This document shows, piece by piece, positions 1 through 8,721 of a DNA stretch of 44,595 bases; positions within the stretch are counted from its first letter, which is position 1, and every line of letters begins with the position of its first letter. Source of the DNA: a virus (lineage: Duplodnaviria; Caudoviricetes). The stretch covers positions 1 through 44,595 of IMG/VR virus record IMGVR_UViG_3300010234_000020. One strand, 5' to 3'. Below the pieces are notes generated by a model. That model ran no database searches and was not told the DNA's origin. It was given only the letters and a program-made list of their open reading frames with translations. A program made the translations under genes and the position numbers.

Positions 1-55
1 CGTCCTCGTCGTCGTCCTCGTCGTCCCCGAACTTCTCGGCGTCGTCGTCGTCGTC
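1..55. repeat. Terminal direct repeat, left copy (circular assembly overlap)
   Basis: 1-55 is identical to 44541-44595. Removing one copy joins 859..1 and 44540..43993 into one 1407-nt ORF. Confidence 0.95.
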
Positions 56-859
56 TTCGCCCTCGAACTTCTCGGCCTCGTCCTCGTCGTCGGCCTCGGC
101 GGACATCTCGGCCTTGTCGTCGTCGTCGTCCTCGTACTTGTCCTCGTCGTCGTCGTCGTCGTCATCGGACGCGGCGAACGCGGAAACGAGGGCGTTGGCG
201 GAGGCCGCCATCGCGAGGATCGCCTTCCGAAGCTCCGGATCGGTGTTCTTGGCCTTGGCCATCGTCTGCTCCTGGTGGTGGTCGATGAGCGCCGACTCGG
301 CGGCGGTGGCGTTGAATAGGTATCCTCGGCGAGAACCCGAAGACGCGCAAGCCATCGCGAGCGATGTCCCCGACGATGCCACCGACACCTCGGCCCGCGA
401 CCCGTCCACCCGTAGATTGGGGAACCGGAAGAACGGGACCTCGGAGTCGAGCAGCGCCAGGGAGTTGATCTCCGGCGCCGAGTAGTCGTGGATCTCGACG
501 GACCGGTACGGCAGGCGGCCGTTCTGCATGTCCTGATACACGTCGTCCGGGATGTCCACGATGTCGCCGAACACGGCCGACACGCGGCGCCCCTCGTACG
601 TGATCTCGCGGACCGAGTGCAGGACCATGCTACCGGCGCGGTCGGCCGGAGCATCGGCGCGGTGGTGCCTGCGGTGGGCCGGGGCCTTGTACCCGTCGGC
701 CCGCCGCATCGCATCCTTCTCCACGGCCGCCTGGAGCCATGTGCGGTCGATCGCGGGGTTCTTCCCGTGCTCGCCCTCCGCCACCTCAGCGAACATCGGA
801 ACGTCGCGGACGTTCCATGTCCCGTCGGCGTTCTGGTCGGATCGGTACGTGGTGCTCAC
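1..859 (-). CDS. Mu-I-like prohead protease/scaffold, N-terminal part (continues 44540..43993, 468 aa total)
   Basis: Not in the ORF track; translated by hand from GTG 859: MSTTYRSDQNADGTWNVRDVPMFAE...GRLPYRSVEIHDYSAPEINSLALLDSEVPFF, then a D/E-rich linker. YxSxE...LALL resembles Mu-type head proteases. Lies between MuF and cement/capsid. Confidence 0.8.
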   Translation of the reverse strand, partial: MSTTYRSDQNADGTWNVRDVPMFAEVAEGEHGKNPAIDRTWLQAAVEKDAMRRADGYKAPAHRRHHRADAPADRAGSMVLHSVREITYEGRRVSAVFGDIVDIPDDVYQDMQNGRLPYRSVEIHDYSAPEINSLALLDSEVPFFRFPNLRVDGSRAEVSVASSGTSLAMACASSGSRRGYLFNATAAESALIDHHQEQTMAKAKNTDPELRKAILAMAASANALVSAFAASDDDDDDDEDKYEDDDDDKAEMSAEADDEDEAEKFEGEDDDDDAEKFGDDEDDDED

Positions 860-944
860 GCCCCCATCATCCACATGATGCGAAAAACCCGCCAGGGGGA
901 GGCCCCCAGATTTTCTCCCCGCACTCCCCCCTTTCGAGTTGTGA

Positions 945-1005
945 CGCGCGCCACATGGTATAGGATCACACGTGTCGGCGATGGGGCCGACCGGGAGACA
1001 CGACG
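945..1005 (+). promoter_or_regulatory. Early expression cassette (CCACATGG, TAGGAT -10, GATGGG-loop hairpin, GGAGACAC RBS)
   Basis: CCACATGG 951-958, TAGGAT 961-966, GTCGGC-GATGGG-GCCGAC 974-991, GGAGACAC 994-1001, ATG 1006. Confidence 0.8.
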
Positions 1006-1251
1006 ATGACGAACCAGACCACGACCATCGACCTTTACACCGAACTGGCCCGCGACGGGTACCCGTACTCGTGCTCGTGCGGCGAGGCGTTCCGCGACTC
1101 GGCGGCGGCGATCACGTGCCGCAAGTGCCGCAAGTACCTGGAGGACGACGTGATCCGCCGCGTCTACCTCACCGACCCCCTGGACGGCGAGTACGTCGAG
1201 ATCGTGGACCCGTGGACGTTCGACGGGTTCTGGATCTATCCCCCGGCGTAG
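1006..1251 (+). CDS. Small zinc-finger protein (CxC...CxxC), 81 aa, moron-like
   Basis: CSC and CRKC motifs, strong RBS and its own promoter cassette; opposite strand to the head genes. Confidence 0.75.
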   Translation: MTNQTTTIDLYTELARDGYPYSCSCGEAFRDSAAAITCRKCRKYLEDDVIRRVYLTDPLDGEYVEIVDPWTFDGFWIYPPA

Positions 1252-2186
1252 ACAGACTGGGCCGTGTTCGCGACGAAGTTGGGATGCGGCCGGAACGCCG
1301 CGAACTTGGCGGGCTTCACCAGGCGGAGCCCGCCATCGTCGTTGAGCCACCCCTTGCGGCGGGCCTCGAACTTGGTGACCGGGCGAATGCTGTGGCGGCA
1401 GTTGTACCCGTACGGGGGCGTCGCCGTTCTCCATACGGCATGATCCACCGGGGCCACGAGGCCCATGGCGGCGAGGTGGTTCTCGCCCCCGTCCTCGCTC
1501 CGCCCCCGTCGCGTGTTCGAGTCGGTGGACCCGATGACCGCGAAGCCGAGGACGAACTTCGACACGGTCGGCTTGCGCGCCTCCTGGAATTCGCCCGCCG
1601 TGAACGCGGTCACGAGGTTCGTGCGGTACACCGTCTCGCTGTACGACTTCGACCACCCCGACAATTCACGGACCGCCCGCCGACCGTCGGGGACCGACAG
1701 GCCCTCCTTGGTGGCGCGCGCCACGAGCTTCTGAAGGCGCGCGGTCACGGCCTCGCTGATCGACCGCGCGGCCGCGAAGCCCCAGCGGGCGTACGCCTTG
1801 GCCACCGCCACCCCGGTCCGGGCCAGCGTCGGCGTGCGGGACAGGACCGAGTCAACGGCCTTGTCGAATGGCACCTTGGGGACGACCGGGAAGGCCTCGA
1901 GGGCGAACGCACCGGCGACCGCCGACACGTCTACCGGTTCGGCCGACTCCACCGCACCCCCGGGGTCGTCCAGGTCCACGCCCTCGGCCTCGAGGATCCG
2001 GTGGATACGGTGCCGCCCGAGGAGGTCGGCCAGGGCCATGCCCTCGGCGACGATGGTGGCGATGCGCTCCTCGGCCGCGAATTGGCCCCGCCCGTCGGCG
2101 TGAGCGCGCACCAGGCGCCGGATCGCCCCGGCAAGGGCGCGGGGGTCACGCCCGGCCAGCGCGGACAGCGTGGGGTCCGTGGCCAC
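1236..2186 (-). CDS. MuF / SPP1 gp7-like minor head morphogenesis protein
   Basis: ETVYRTNLVTAFTAG, DSNTR..HLAAMG, W...TPPYGYNCRHSI motifs of Phage_Mu_F. Confidence 0.92.
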   Translation of the reverse strand: MATDPTLSALAGRDPRALAGAIRRLVRAHADGRGQFAAEERIATIVAEGMALADLLGRHRIHRILEAEGVDLDDPGGAVESAEPVDVSAVAGAFALEAFPVVPKVPFDKAVDSVLSRTPTLARTGVAVAKAYARWGFAAARSISEAVTARLQKLVARATKEGLSVPDGRRAVRELSGWSKSYSETVYRTNLVTAFTAGEFQEARKPTVSKFVLGFAVIGSTDSNTRRGRSEDGGENHLAAMGLVAPVDHAVWRTATPPYGYNCRHSIRPVTKFEARRKGWLNDDGGLRLVKPAKFAAFRPHPNFVANTAQSVYAGG

Positions 2187-3622
2187 TATCCCGAGATCCG
2201 CAGGACGTCGGCCAGCATGTCCTTCGCCCAGTCCACGGCCGACCCGGCGCCGACCATGTCGGACTTCGACGCGCGACCGGACTTGAGGAGGCGGCCGTAC
2301 GTCCGGAGGTCCGAGGCCACGTCGCTGATCATCGTGGCCGTCGCGCGGTCGGCCACCGACCTCGAGGCCTCGTCCAGTTCGGTGGACGCGCGCAGCATCT
2401 TGCCCGACGCGTTCTCGTCGTGCCCCCGGTCCATCATGCCCCAGGCGTCGCCGACCGCGTTGAGCGCGTCGCCGATCCGCTTGGCGGGGTGCTTGACGAC
2501 CTTGTCCTCCTTGCCCGGCTTGATGGAGATGTCGCCGGACGCGATGGCCTTCTCGACGGCACCGGCCACGCGGGTCGCCCCGTCTCCGGTGCGCGACCGT
2601 GGCCGGTCCGTCGGCTTGTCGCCCTTGGACCCGCCACCCCCGTCATCCGGCCCCCAGCGTCGGCCGCCGGTGTCGCGGTCGTTCTTGCGCTGCTCGCGGA
2701 TCTTGCGCGCCTTCGGGCTGATTTCGTCGTCGGTCAGCGACTTGTCGTCTGCCTGATCACCCGCCGATCGGCCGATGGTCGTCTTGGACTTCCCGGACCC
2801 GCCACCACCCGACGGGGCGAATTCTCCCTGGTCGTTGCGGTTCACCTTGGACTCATCGAAGAACCGCGCGGGCTGGGTCGGGTCCGTGCGGGGCCGCGAC
2901 GCCGCGAACGACTCGCCAAGGCCGAGTTCCTTCTTGATCGCCAGGACCTCGTCCAGGTTCGTCTCGTACTCGTACGCGAACGCCTCGCTGTCGGGGTTCT
3001 TGGCGGCCGCCTTTTCGGCCAGGTCCATCGTCTTCTTCTTGCTGATCCCGGCGACGTGCCCCCGGCCGTCGTACGTGACCACGACGAAGGGGAAGTCCCC
3101 GAGGCCACGGTTCACGGTTTCGGGCGCCGCGCCCGACAGGACCGGGTACCCGTCGGAGTCGTACGCCACGGCCCGCCGATCATGCACGGCCTCGACCGAC
3201 CCCTTGCGCAGGGACTCGATGATCTCCTCGCGGGTCGGCTTGGCCTTGGGGCTGATCGCGGTTCCGTACCCGGGGGCCAGGCCCGCGTCGTGCATGGCGT
3301 GGCGCATCTCGCGGGCCATCTCGGCTCGCTTGCCGACGGGCGCGGCGGTGGACTTGCGCTCCCCGCCCCCACTCGGGTCGAACTTCTTGCGGATGGCCCG
3401 GAGCGTCTCGTTCTCGCCGCCCGGTGCGTTCCGCCGGGGGTCGCGGCCGGTCGGGTTCGGGGCCTTGCGATCACCACCACCACCGCCGCCCTTGGGGGCG
3501 AATTCCCCGTCCGCGTTGCGCTCGATCTTCGACTCGTCGAAGTACCGGCCCCCGTTGGGGTGCATCGTGACGCGCGCCGCAAAACGACCGCGTGCGGCCC
3601 GGATGATCCGATCGGTCTTCAC
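2186..3622 (-). CDS. Putative internal head protein, 478 aa, with two FDESKxxRNxxGEFAPxGGGG modules
   Basis: Lies between portal and MuF with its stop overlapping the MuF start; duplicated motif; charged, Gly-rich. Confidence 0.65.
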   Translation of the reverse strand: MKTDRIIRAARGRFAARVTMHPNGGRYFDESKIERNADGEFAPKGGGGGGDRKAPNPTGRDPRRNAPGGENETLRAIRKKFDPSGGGERKSTAAPVGKRAEMAREMRHAMHDAGLAPGYGTAISPKAKPTREEIIESLRKGSVEAVHDRRAVAYDSDGYPVLSGAAPETVNRGLGDFPFVVVTYDGRGHVAGISKKKTMDLAEKAAAKNPDSEAFAYEYETNLDEVLAIKKELGLGESFAASRPRTDPTQPARFFDESKVNRNDQGEFAPSGGGGSGKSKTTIGRSAGDQADDKSLTDDEISPKARKIREQRKNDRDTGGRRWGPDDGGGGSKGDKPTDRPRSRTGDGATRVAGAVEKAIASGDISIKPGKEDKVVKHPAKRIGDALNAVGDAWGMMDRGHDENASGKMLRASTELDEASRSVADRATATMISDVASDLRTYGRLLKSGRASKSDMVGAGSAVDWAKDMLADVLRISG

Positions 3623-3630
3623 GTGTTCAC

Positions 3631-5007
3631 CTATCCCGCCCGGCGTGCCGTGAACGGCATCCCCCCGGGCATGTCGTCACCGGGCGCCGACGGAGCGACG
3701 CCCTCAATGATCTCGTCATCCTCGGACGGCATCGACCACCCGAGGCGGTCGTAGAGTTCGGTCTTCACCAGCGGGATACCGGCCCCAAGGATGGCGGCCA
3801 CGGTGCGCGCCACCTTCTCGGGGTCGGACTCGTCAACCGACGTCGCGGTGAGGCGGGGCATGGCGGCATCGCCCAGGCCCAGGGCCTTGATTTCCTTCTG
3901 GTTCCAGTACCAGATCGCCCCGACGAGGTACCGCGAGATCGACTCGTAGAGCGCCCGCCGGTCGTAGCCCACCAGGGTCTCGGTGCTGTCCGACTCGACC
4001 TCGGCGCGCGCGTTCGATCCGACATCGGCGCCGCCCCCGGTGGGGAGGACCGACCCGAGGATGACCTGCGTGATCGCCTGGTCGAGGTACTCGAGCCACG
4101 CGAACACCTGGGTGTGTCCCGACGCATCGGCCCACAGGACATCCAGCTCGTCGTCGGCGTCCATCGCGAAGATGCCGCCCTGGCGTTGCTGCTCCAGTTC
4201 GTCCAGGTACGCGTCGCGCGTCGTTTCATTCGACAGCGGCGAGCTGCCCTTGCCCGAGATCTTGGCCACGACCATCCCGCGCGCCCACTTCTCGAGGCCC
4301 TCCAGGCCCTCGCGCAGCACGATGCCCTTGGCGTAGTGGTAGAAATAAATGGCCTCGGCCAGGCCGCGACCATGCCCGAGGCGGCTCTCCTCGTCGTCGT
4401 AGGCGAAATGGATCAGCGGGGCGCTCGGGTGGATCGGCGCCCACGTGTGCGTCTCGATGTCGTGGATCTCGTACGCCATCGTGATCCGGCGACCGGCGGC
4501 GGCCCCGGAGTCCCAGTCGGGGACGGACCGGATGCGGCGCTTGTCGATGTTCCTGATCCGCGTGGGGAGCCACCAGTTCCCGGTGCGTCCGCCGACGGTC
4601 ATGGGCCGACGCGACCCCTCGATGTATCCCCACGTCTCGCCCAGGAACACGCCCTTGGCGAGGTGGTACCGGGCCTGCGTGAGGCCGGGGACCATGTCCA
4701 CGATCTCCTCCATCAGCGTGACCGCGTCCTCGTCCACCGGGCGCGCGCGTCGCTTGCCGGGGACGAGTTGCCAGTCGCGTCCGGCGACCTTGTGCAAGCG
4801 CGCCTCGAAGGCGTGCTTGATGACCGGGTCGCGCTGGACCTTCTCCCAGTACTCGGGGTCCTGGGCCAGGGCGTAGTCGGGGTCGTAAACCTCGATGCCG
4901 TTCCGGTATGCGACGCCAAGGGCGTGCGCGTACAGGCGCGAGTTGATCGCGCGCGTCATCATGTACGAGCCAGCGTTGCCGTCGTCGTTCCCGATGCTCA
5001 TGGTCAC
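3631..5007 (-). CDS. Portal protein, Mu gp29/DUF935 family
   Basis: GHGRGLAEAIYFYHYAK..LEKWARG, LEYLDQAITQVILGSVL..G..GSNARAEV; directly after TerL. Confidence 0.9.
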   Translation of the reverse strand: MTMSIGNDDGNAGSYMMTRAINSRLYAHALGVAYRNGIEVYDPDYALAQDPEYWEKVQRDPVIKHAFEARLHKVAGRDWQLVPGKRRARPVDEDAVTLMEEIVDMVPGLTQARYHLAKGVFLGETWGYIEGSRRPMTVGGRTGNWWLPTRIRNIDKRRIRSVPDWDSGAAAGRRITMAYEIHDIETHTWAPIHPSAPLIHFAYDDEESRLGHGRGLAEAIYFYHYAKGIVLREGLEGLEKWARGMVVAKISGKGSSPLSNETTRDAYLDELEQQRQGGIFAMDADDELDVLWADASGHTQVFAWLEYLDQAITQVILGSVLPTGGGADVGSNARAEVESDSTETLVGYDRRALYESISRYLVGAIWYWNQKEIKALGLGDAAMPRLTATSVDESDPEKVARTVAAILGAGIPLVKTELYDRLGWSMPSEDDEIIEGVAPSAPGDDMPGGMPFTARRAG

Positions 5008-6515
5008 CTGCCCCTGGGGGGCCGCCGACGGCCGGACGATCGACGCCCGCCACCGGGTACCACCCGACTAAGGAGCTCATCGTGCTCCCGTTCGTTGGCA
5101 GTCCTGGGACGAGGCGCGGTTCGCTTCCGAAGCGCGGCGATATAGTCAAGCCCTGACGCCGTGGCGTCGAGAATGTCGTCATGTGTGCCGTTTGGGAATG
5201 CGGCGGCCTCGTCCAGGAAAGCCGCGTTCCATGATGCACGCACCAGCGACATCTCGCCAGCCTGAGCGACCGGGGCCACGGTGGCGGCGATGCGGAGGTG
5301 CTTGTCGCCGGTCGGCAGGTACTCCTCGACCCGGTGCCCGGCGGCGGTGAGGAGGCGGACGTACCGATCATACTGGGCGATGCCCGCCTGGCCCGGGTCG
5401 CGCTGAATGAGGATGGTCACATGGGGACCGTCGAGGGCGGCGGTGGCGAGGACCACCTCCTCCACCTCGCCAGGTCGTTTCTGGACGCGCACCACGTCCT
5501 CGATCGTGGTGTGCTCGACCATCCAGTCCCGGGCGATCAGGACGCCCGCCGACGGGTCACCGTCCACCGTCCCACCGAAGTCCCACGACCGGACCCGCAT
5601 GCACTCGCGCCGCGCCGGTTTCTCGGCGATGCCGAACCAGCCGCGCTCGATGATGCCGCCCTCGAGGGGGGCAGGTCGTTGCTGGAACATCGCGGCCCAG
5701 AAATACCGGCCCACCCGCTTCGCGATCAGCCCCAGCTTCTCGAGCGAGTAGCGTTCCGGCCATAGCGGGTCGCCCACGGCGCGGCCCAACGGGTCGCCCT
5801 CCTCCTCGCAGATCGCGGGGATGCGAACGATCTCCCATTGTTCGCTGTCGGGGTCCGCCTTCATCTCGGCCTTGATCCGTCCGATGAGGTCGTCCTCGTG
5901 CCATCGCGTCATCATGGCGATTACGACGGCGCCCGGCTCGAGGCGCGTCCCGGCCGTGGACTGCCACCACTCCCAATGCTTCTCGCGGATGACCTCGGAC
6001 TGGGCCTCCTCGGCGTTCTTCACCGGGTCATCGATTACGACGAGGCTGAAGCCACGGCCGGTCAGTTCGCCGCCAATGCCGGTGCAGAACAGGCCGCCGC
6101 CGGTGGTCAGTTCGAGTTCGGTCGCGGACCGCTTGGCCGGGTCCAGGCGGAGGCGTAGTTGCGCGCCGAAGGCCGCGATGATCCCCCGCACGCGGCGGCC
6201 CCACGTCGAGGAGAACGCCGCGCCGTACGTGATAACGGCGGCCCACAGGCCGGGGAACCAGTGGAGGAACCAGACGGGGGTCCACATCGAGACCATCCAC
6301 GACTTCCCGTGACGCGGTGGCGCCTCGAAGATGATGAACCCGCCGCCCTCGGCGAACTTGCGCGCGACCGTCCGGCCGATCAGGCGGGCCATCGGGTGAC
6401 GGACGAAGCGGGGGTCGAGGCGGGCCGCCATCCGGTCCGGTGTCGCGAACGCGACGGCGTCCCTGACGCGCGCCAACAGGTCCGGGTTCGGTGATCCGTC
6501 AGGCGGTGAGTTCAT
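5004..6515 (-). CDS. terL: Terminase large subunit
   Basis: Walker A PPRHGKS, Walker B LVVIDDPVK, MTRWHEDDL, nuclease motifs SWDFG and HDDILDA. Confidence 0.97.
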   Translation of the reverse strand: MNSPPDGSPNPDLLARVRDAVAFATPDRMAARLDPRFVRHPMARLIGRTVARKFAEGGGFIIFEAPPRHGKSWMVSMWTPVWFLHWFPGLWAAVITYGAAFSSTWGRRVRGIIAAFGAQLRLRLDPAKRSATELELTTGGGLFCTGIGGELTGRGFSLVVIDDPVKNAEEAQSEVIREKHWEWWQSTAGTRLEPGAVVIAMMTRWHEDDLIGRIKAEMKADPDSEQWEIVRIPAICEEEGDPLGRAVGDPLWPERYSLEKLGLIAKRVGRYFWAAMFQQRPAPLEGGIIERGWFGIAEKPARRECMRVRSWDFGGTVDGDPSAGVLIARDWMVEHTTIEDVVRVQKRPGEVEEVVLATAALDGPHVTILIQRDPGQAGIAQYDRYVRLLTAAGHRVEEYLPTGDKHLRIAATVAPVAQAGEMSLVRASWNAAFLDEAAAFPNGTHDDILDATASGLDYIAALRKRTAPRPRTANEREHDELLSRVVPGGGRRSSGRRRPPRGR

Positions 6516-7065
6516 CGCCGAGGGCCAACGCCTGCTCCAGGAGTGCGGGGTCGGCCATGATGCGGCTCACGTCCACGTCGGCTCCGCCGGTTCCGTCGGT
6601 CGTGTCGCCCGGCGTTTTCTGGGTCGCCATCTGGGTCGCGTGCGCCTCGGCGGCGGCGGCCATGTCGGCCAGCGCCTTGATGTCGGTGGCGCGGATGACG
6701 GGGGGCTCGGCCTCGGCCCCGCTATCGAACCGGTCTTGCATGATGCCCAGGTGCCCGAGGGCGCGCTCGGCGATCGTCTGCGACGACGTGCTGACGCGCA
6801 GGTGTCGCCGTATGAATTCGGCGCGCTGGGCGCGTAGGTCATCGAGGACGGTGACCGCAGCGGACGCGTCGAACGCCCGCGCCCGGTCGTTCCAGTCATG
6901 CGTCCTCGACCACTCCACCGCCACCGATGCGCGCACATTGACTGCCCGCGCCGTGTCCGCGATGGACCGATCCGCCACGTCTGCGCCCTGGGCCAGGTAG
7001 TGGAGAAAGGCCAGGTACCGGCCTTCCGGCTCCTCGGGCAGTCGGGACCACGCGCGCTCGGACAT
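6499..7065 (-). CDS. Putative terminase small subunit (HTH), 188 aa
   Basis: Directly upstream of TerL; HTH-like ADTARAVNVRASVAVEWSRTHDWNDRA; RBS GAAGGAGG before ATG 7065. Confidence 0.7.
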   Translation of the reverse strand: MSERAWSRLPEEPEGRYLAFLHYLAQGADVADRSIADTARAVNVRASVAVEWSRTHDWNDRARAFDASAAVTVLDDLRAQRAEFIRRHLRVSTSSQTIAERALGHLGIMQDRFDSGAEAEPPVIRATDIKALADMAAAAEAHATQMATQKTPGDTTDGTGGADVDVSRIMADPALLEQALALGDELTA

Positions 7066-7107
7066 CGCCGCCTCCTTCACGCCCACGATCGGACGGTAGC
7101 GGGTGGA

Positions 7108-7377
7108 TCATTCGCACCACGGGCGGAACAGGGTGGCTCCGCGTGCCGCGAGATCACGTTCTTGAGACTGCGTCAGGGCGCGCTGGACGTCAAGGGCCTC
7201 GGCTCGCCGCACCATCTCGGCCACCCTCCACTCGGGGGCCGGGCGCCGGTTGCGCCGGATGATCGGCCCGGTCAGGACGCCCTGGACGACGTCGGGGTGT
7301 ACGGCCCGGGGGCAGGCCTCCGCGTACGGGTCGTCTGGTGACCCGTAATCCACCCCTGGGGTCCGCCTCACGTGCAT
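7108..7377 (-). CDS. Hypothetical protein, 89 aa (possibly leaderless)
   Basis: ORF with ATG 7 nt after TAACAT; no recognisable domain. Confidence 0.45.
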   Translation of the reverse strand: MHVRRTPGVDYGSPDDPYAEACPRAVHPDVVQGVLTGPIIRRNRRPAPEWRVAEMVRRAEALDVQRALTQSQERDLAARGATLFRPWCE

Positions 7378-7423
7378 GGGCCGGATGTTACCGGGTGGCG
7401 GTGACATCCGGCCCTGGGGCGCA

Positions 7424-7777
7424 TCAGTCGCGGAAGTTCGCGACGGCGCGGCGCTCGGCGTCGGTCGTGTTCGGGTCGCACATGAAGCACATGTCGCCCC
7501 ACGCGTCCACGTGGTCCCCGCACTCCTCGCACCGGGGCGGAACCCGCTGCAGGGACACGACGGCGTCGAGGACGATCTCGTCCTCGATGATCAGCCCGTC
7601 ATCGTTGAGGCCCGCGAGGCGGACGCGCACGGCCGGGACGATGTTCCAGGTGGGGGTCGCCTCGGTCACGGTCACGTGCCCCGAGAAGCCGATGTATCGC
7701 CCGACCTCGCCGAGGTCGAGGACGTCGCCCGTGTTGATCTTGCGGACGTTGACGGTGCGGGTGTCGGTGTTGTTCAT
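7424..7777 (-). CDS. Hypothetical early protein with C-terminal CxxC-x-CxxC, 117 aa
   Basis: ATG 7777 follows a full cassette with GGAGACAC; CEEC...CFMC. Confidence 0.75.
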   Translation of the reverse strand: MNNTDTRTVNVRKINTGDVLDLGEVGRYIGFSGHVTVTEATPTWNIVPAVRVRLAGLNDDGLIIEDEIVLDAVVSLQRVPPRCEECGDHVDAWGDMCFMCDPNTTDAERRAVANFRD

Positions 7778-7840
7778 GGTCGTGTCTCCAGTCGGCCCCA
7801 TCGCCGACGTCAGAAGGATACGCCACGCGGCGGGGGGACC
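7778..7840 (-). promoter_or_regulatory. Early expression cassette
   Basis: CCGCGTGG 7830-7823, TATCCT, GTCGGC-GATGGG-GCCGAC 7808-7791, GGAGACAC. Confidence 0.8.
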
Positions 7841-7865
7841 GCAGCGGGAAACGCGGCGCGCGACG

Positions 7866-7900
7866 AAAAAAAGCGGGGCCACCCCTTCGGATGGCCCCGC
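7866..7900 (-). terminator. Rho-independent terminator
   Basis: GCGGGGCCAT-CCGAAGGG-GTGGCCCCGC followed by T7 on the minus strand, 22 nt after stop 7922. Confidence 0.85.
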
Positions 7901-7921
7901 CCGGTTCCCGTGTCCCGGCGC

Positions 7922-8545
7922 CTACTTGGCGATGCGGACCTGCGTCCCGGCCCGGATGGCCTTCAGGCAGGGCTTGCACTCGCGGCTGCGGCCGTGGCGC
8001 TTGACGTTGGCGCGGTTCCGGTAGAAGGCGTCCAGGGGCATGACCTGGAGGCACTCGACGCAGGTGATCTTCGTGGTCCCGTCCTCGTCCGTGGCGACCA
8101 CGTTGGCGAGCGTGATCTTGGCCACCCGCGCCTTCTTCGCCTTCTTGGGGGCGGGGGCCGGGGCGGGGATCTCGACCGCCTCGACCTCGACCGGCATCTG
8201 CTGCGGGTCGAACCGCTCGAGGATCGCCGTGCGGATGGCGGCCGCCTCGGCGGCCGACCCGAACGAGGACCAGAAGGTCGGCAGGTAGAAGCACGCCTTG
8301 CGGTCGTTGATGTCGGTGTGATCGGCGATCACCAGGTCCTTCTGGCCCATGCGCTGCAGGCACGTGCGGACCGACGTGGTCGCGTACGACGTGGCCTCCG
8401 CGATGTCGTACGCGTCCACGTCGCTGAACCCGGGCTCGGCGTAGAGGCCGCGCACCAGGGCGACGAAGACCTTGCGGCCCATCGTGGTCATGCTGTCGAT
8501 CGCGTTGAGGATCTTGTGGGCGGCGGCGTTCGTGTTCTTGGTCAT
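7922..8545 (-). CDS. Putative DNA-binding protein: N-terminal winged HTH plus C-terminal zinc finger
   Basis: AYDIAEATSYATTSVRTCLQRMGQKDLV (wHTH); CVEC..LDAFYRN...RECKPC; Pro/Lys linker. Confidence 0.7.
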   Translation of the reverse strand: MTKNTNAAAHKILNAIDSMTTMGRKVFVALVRGLYAEPGFSDVDAYDIAEATSYATTSVRTCLQRMGQKDLVIADHTDINDRKACFYLPTFWSSFGSAAEAAAIRTAILERFDPQQMPVEVEAVEIPAPAPAPKKAKKARVAKITLANVVATDEDGTTKITCVECLQVMPLDAFYRNRANVKRHGRSRECKPCLKAIRAGTQVRIAK

Positions 8546-8613
8546 CTCAGTGTCTCCGTTTCTCGGTCACCCCATCGCGACCGTGCTGAGACGATAAGCC
8601 CTGCGCCACGTGG
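8546..8613 (-). promoter_or_regulatory. Early expression cassette
   Basis: CCACGTGG 8613-8606, GCGCAGGGCTTATCGT, CGGTCGC-GATGGG-GTGACCG 8583-8564, AAACGGAGACAC. Confidence 0.8.
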
Positions 8614-8721
8614 TCGCAAGACCGATCCGCCCTTCCGGAGAATAAATCTCGCCCCGCACCAACGCCGACGGGGGCGACCTCGCGGCCGCCCCCGTGGTGG
8701 GCGTGATCGTGGCGCGCGCGG

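Noticed and set aside
1-55. Biological terminal repeat or att site
   Set aside because: The exact 55-nt overlap lies mid-gene and matches a common assembler k-mer size, so it is best read as a circularisation artefact.
114-485. Poly-Ser plus-strand ORF
   Set aside because: Reverse reading of the Asp-rich tract of the protease/scaffold gene.
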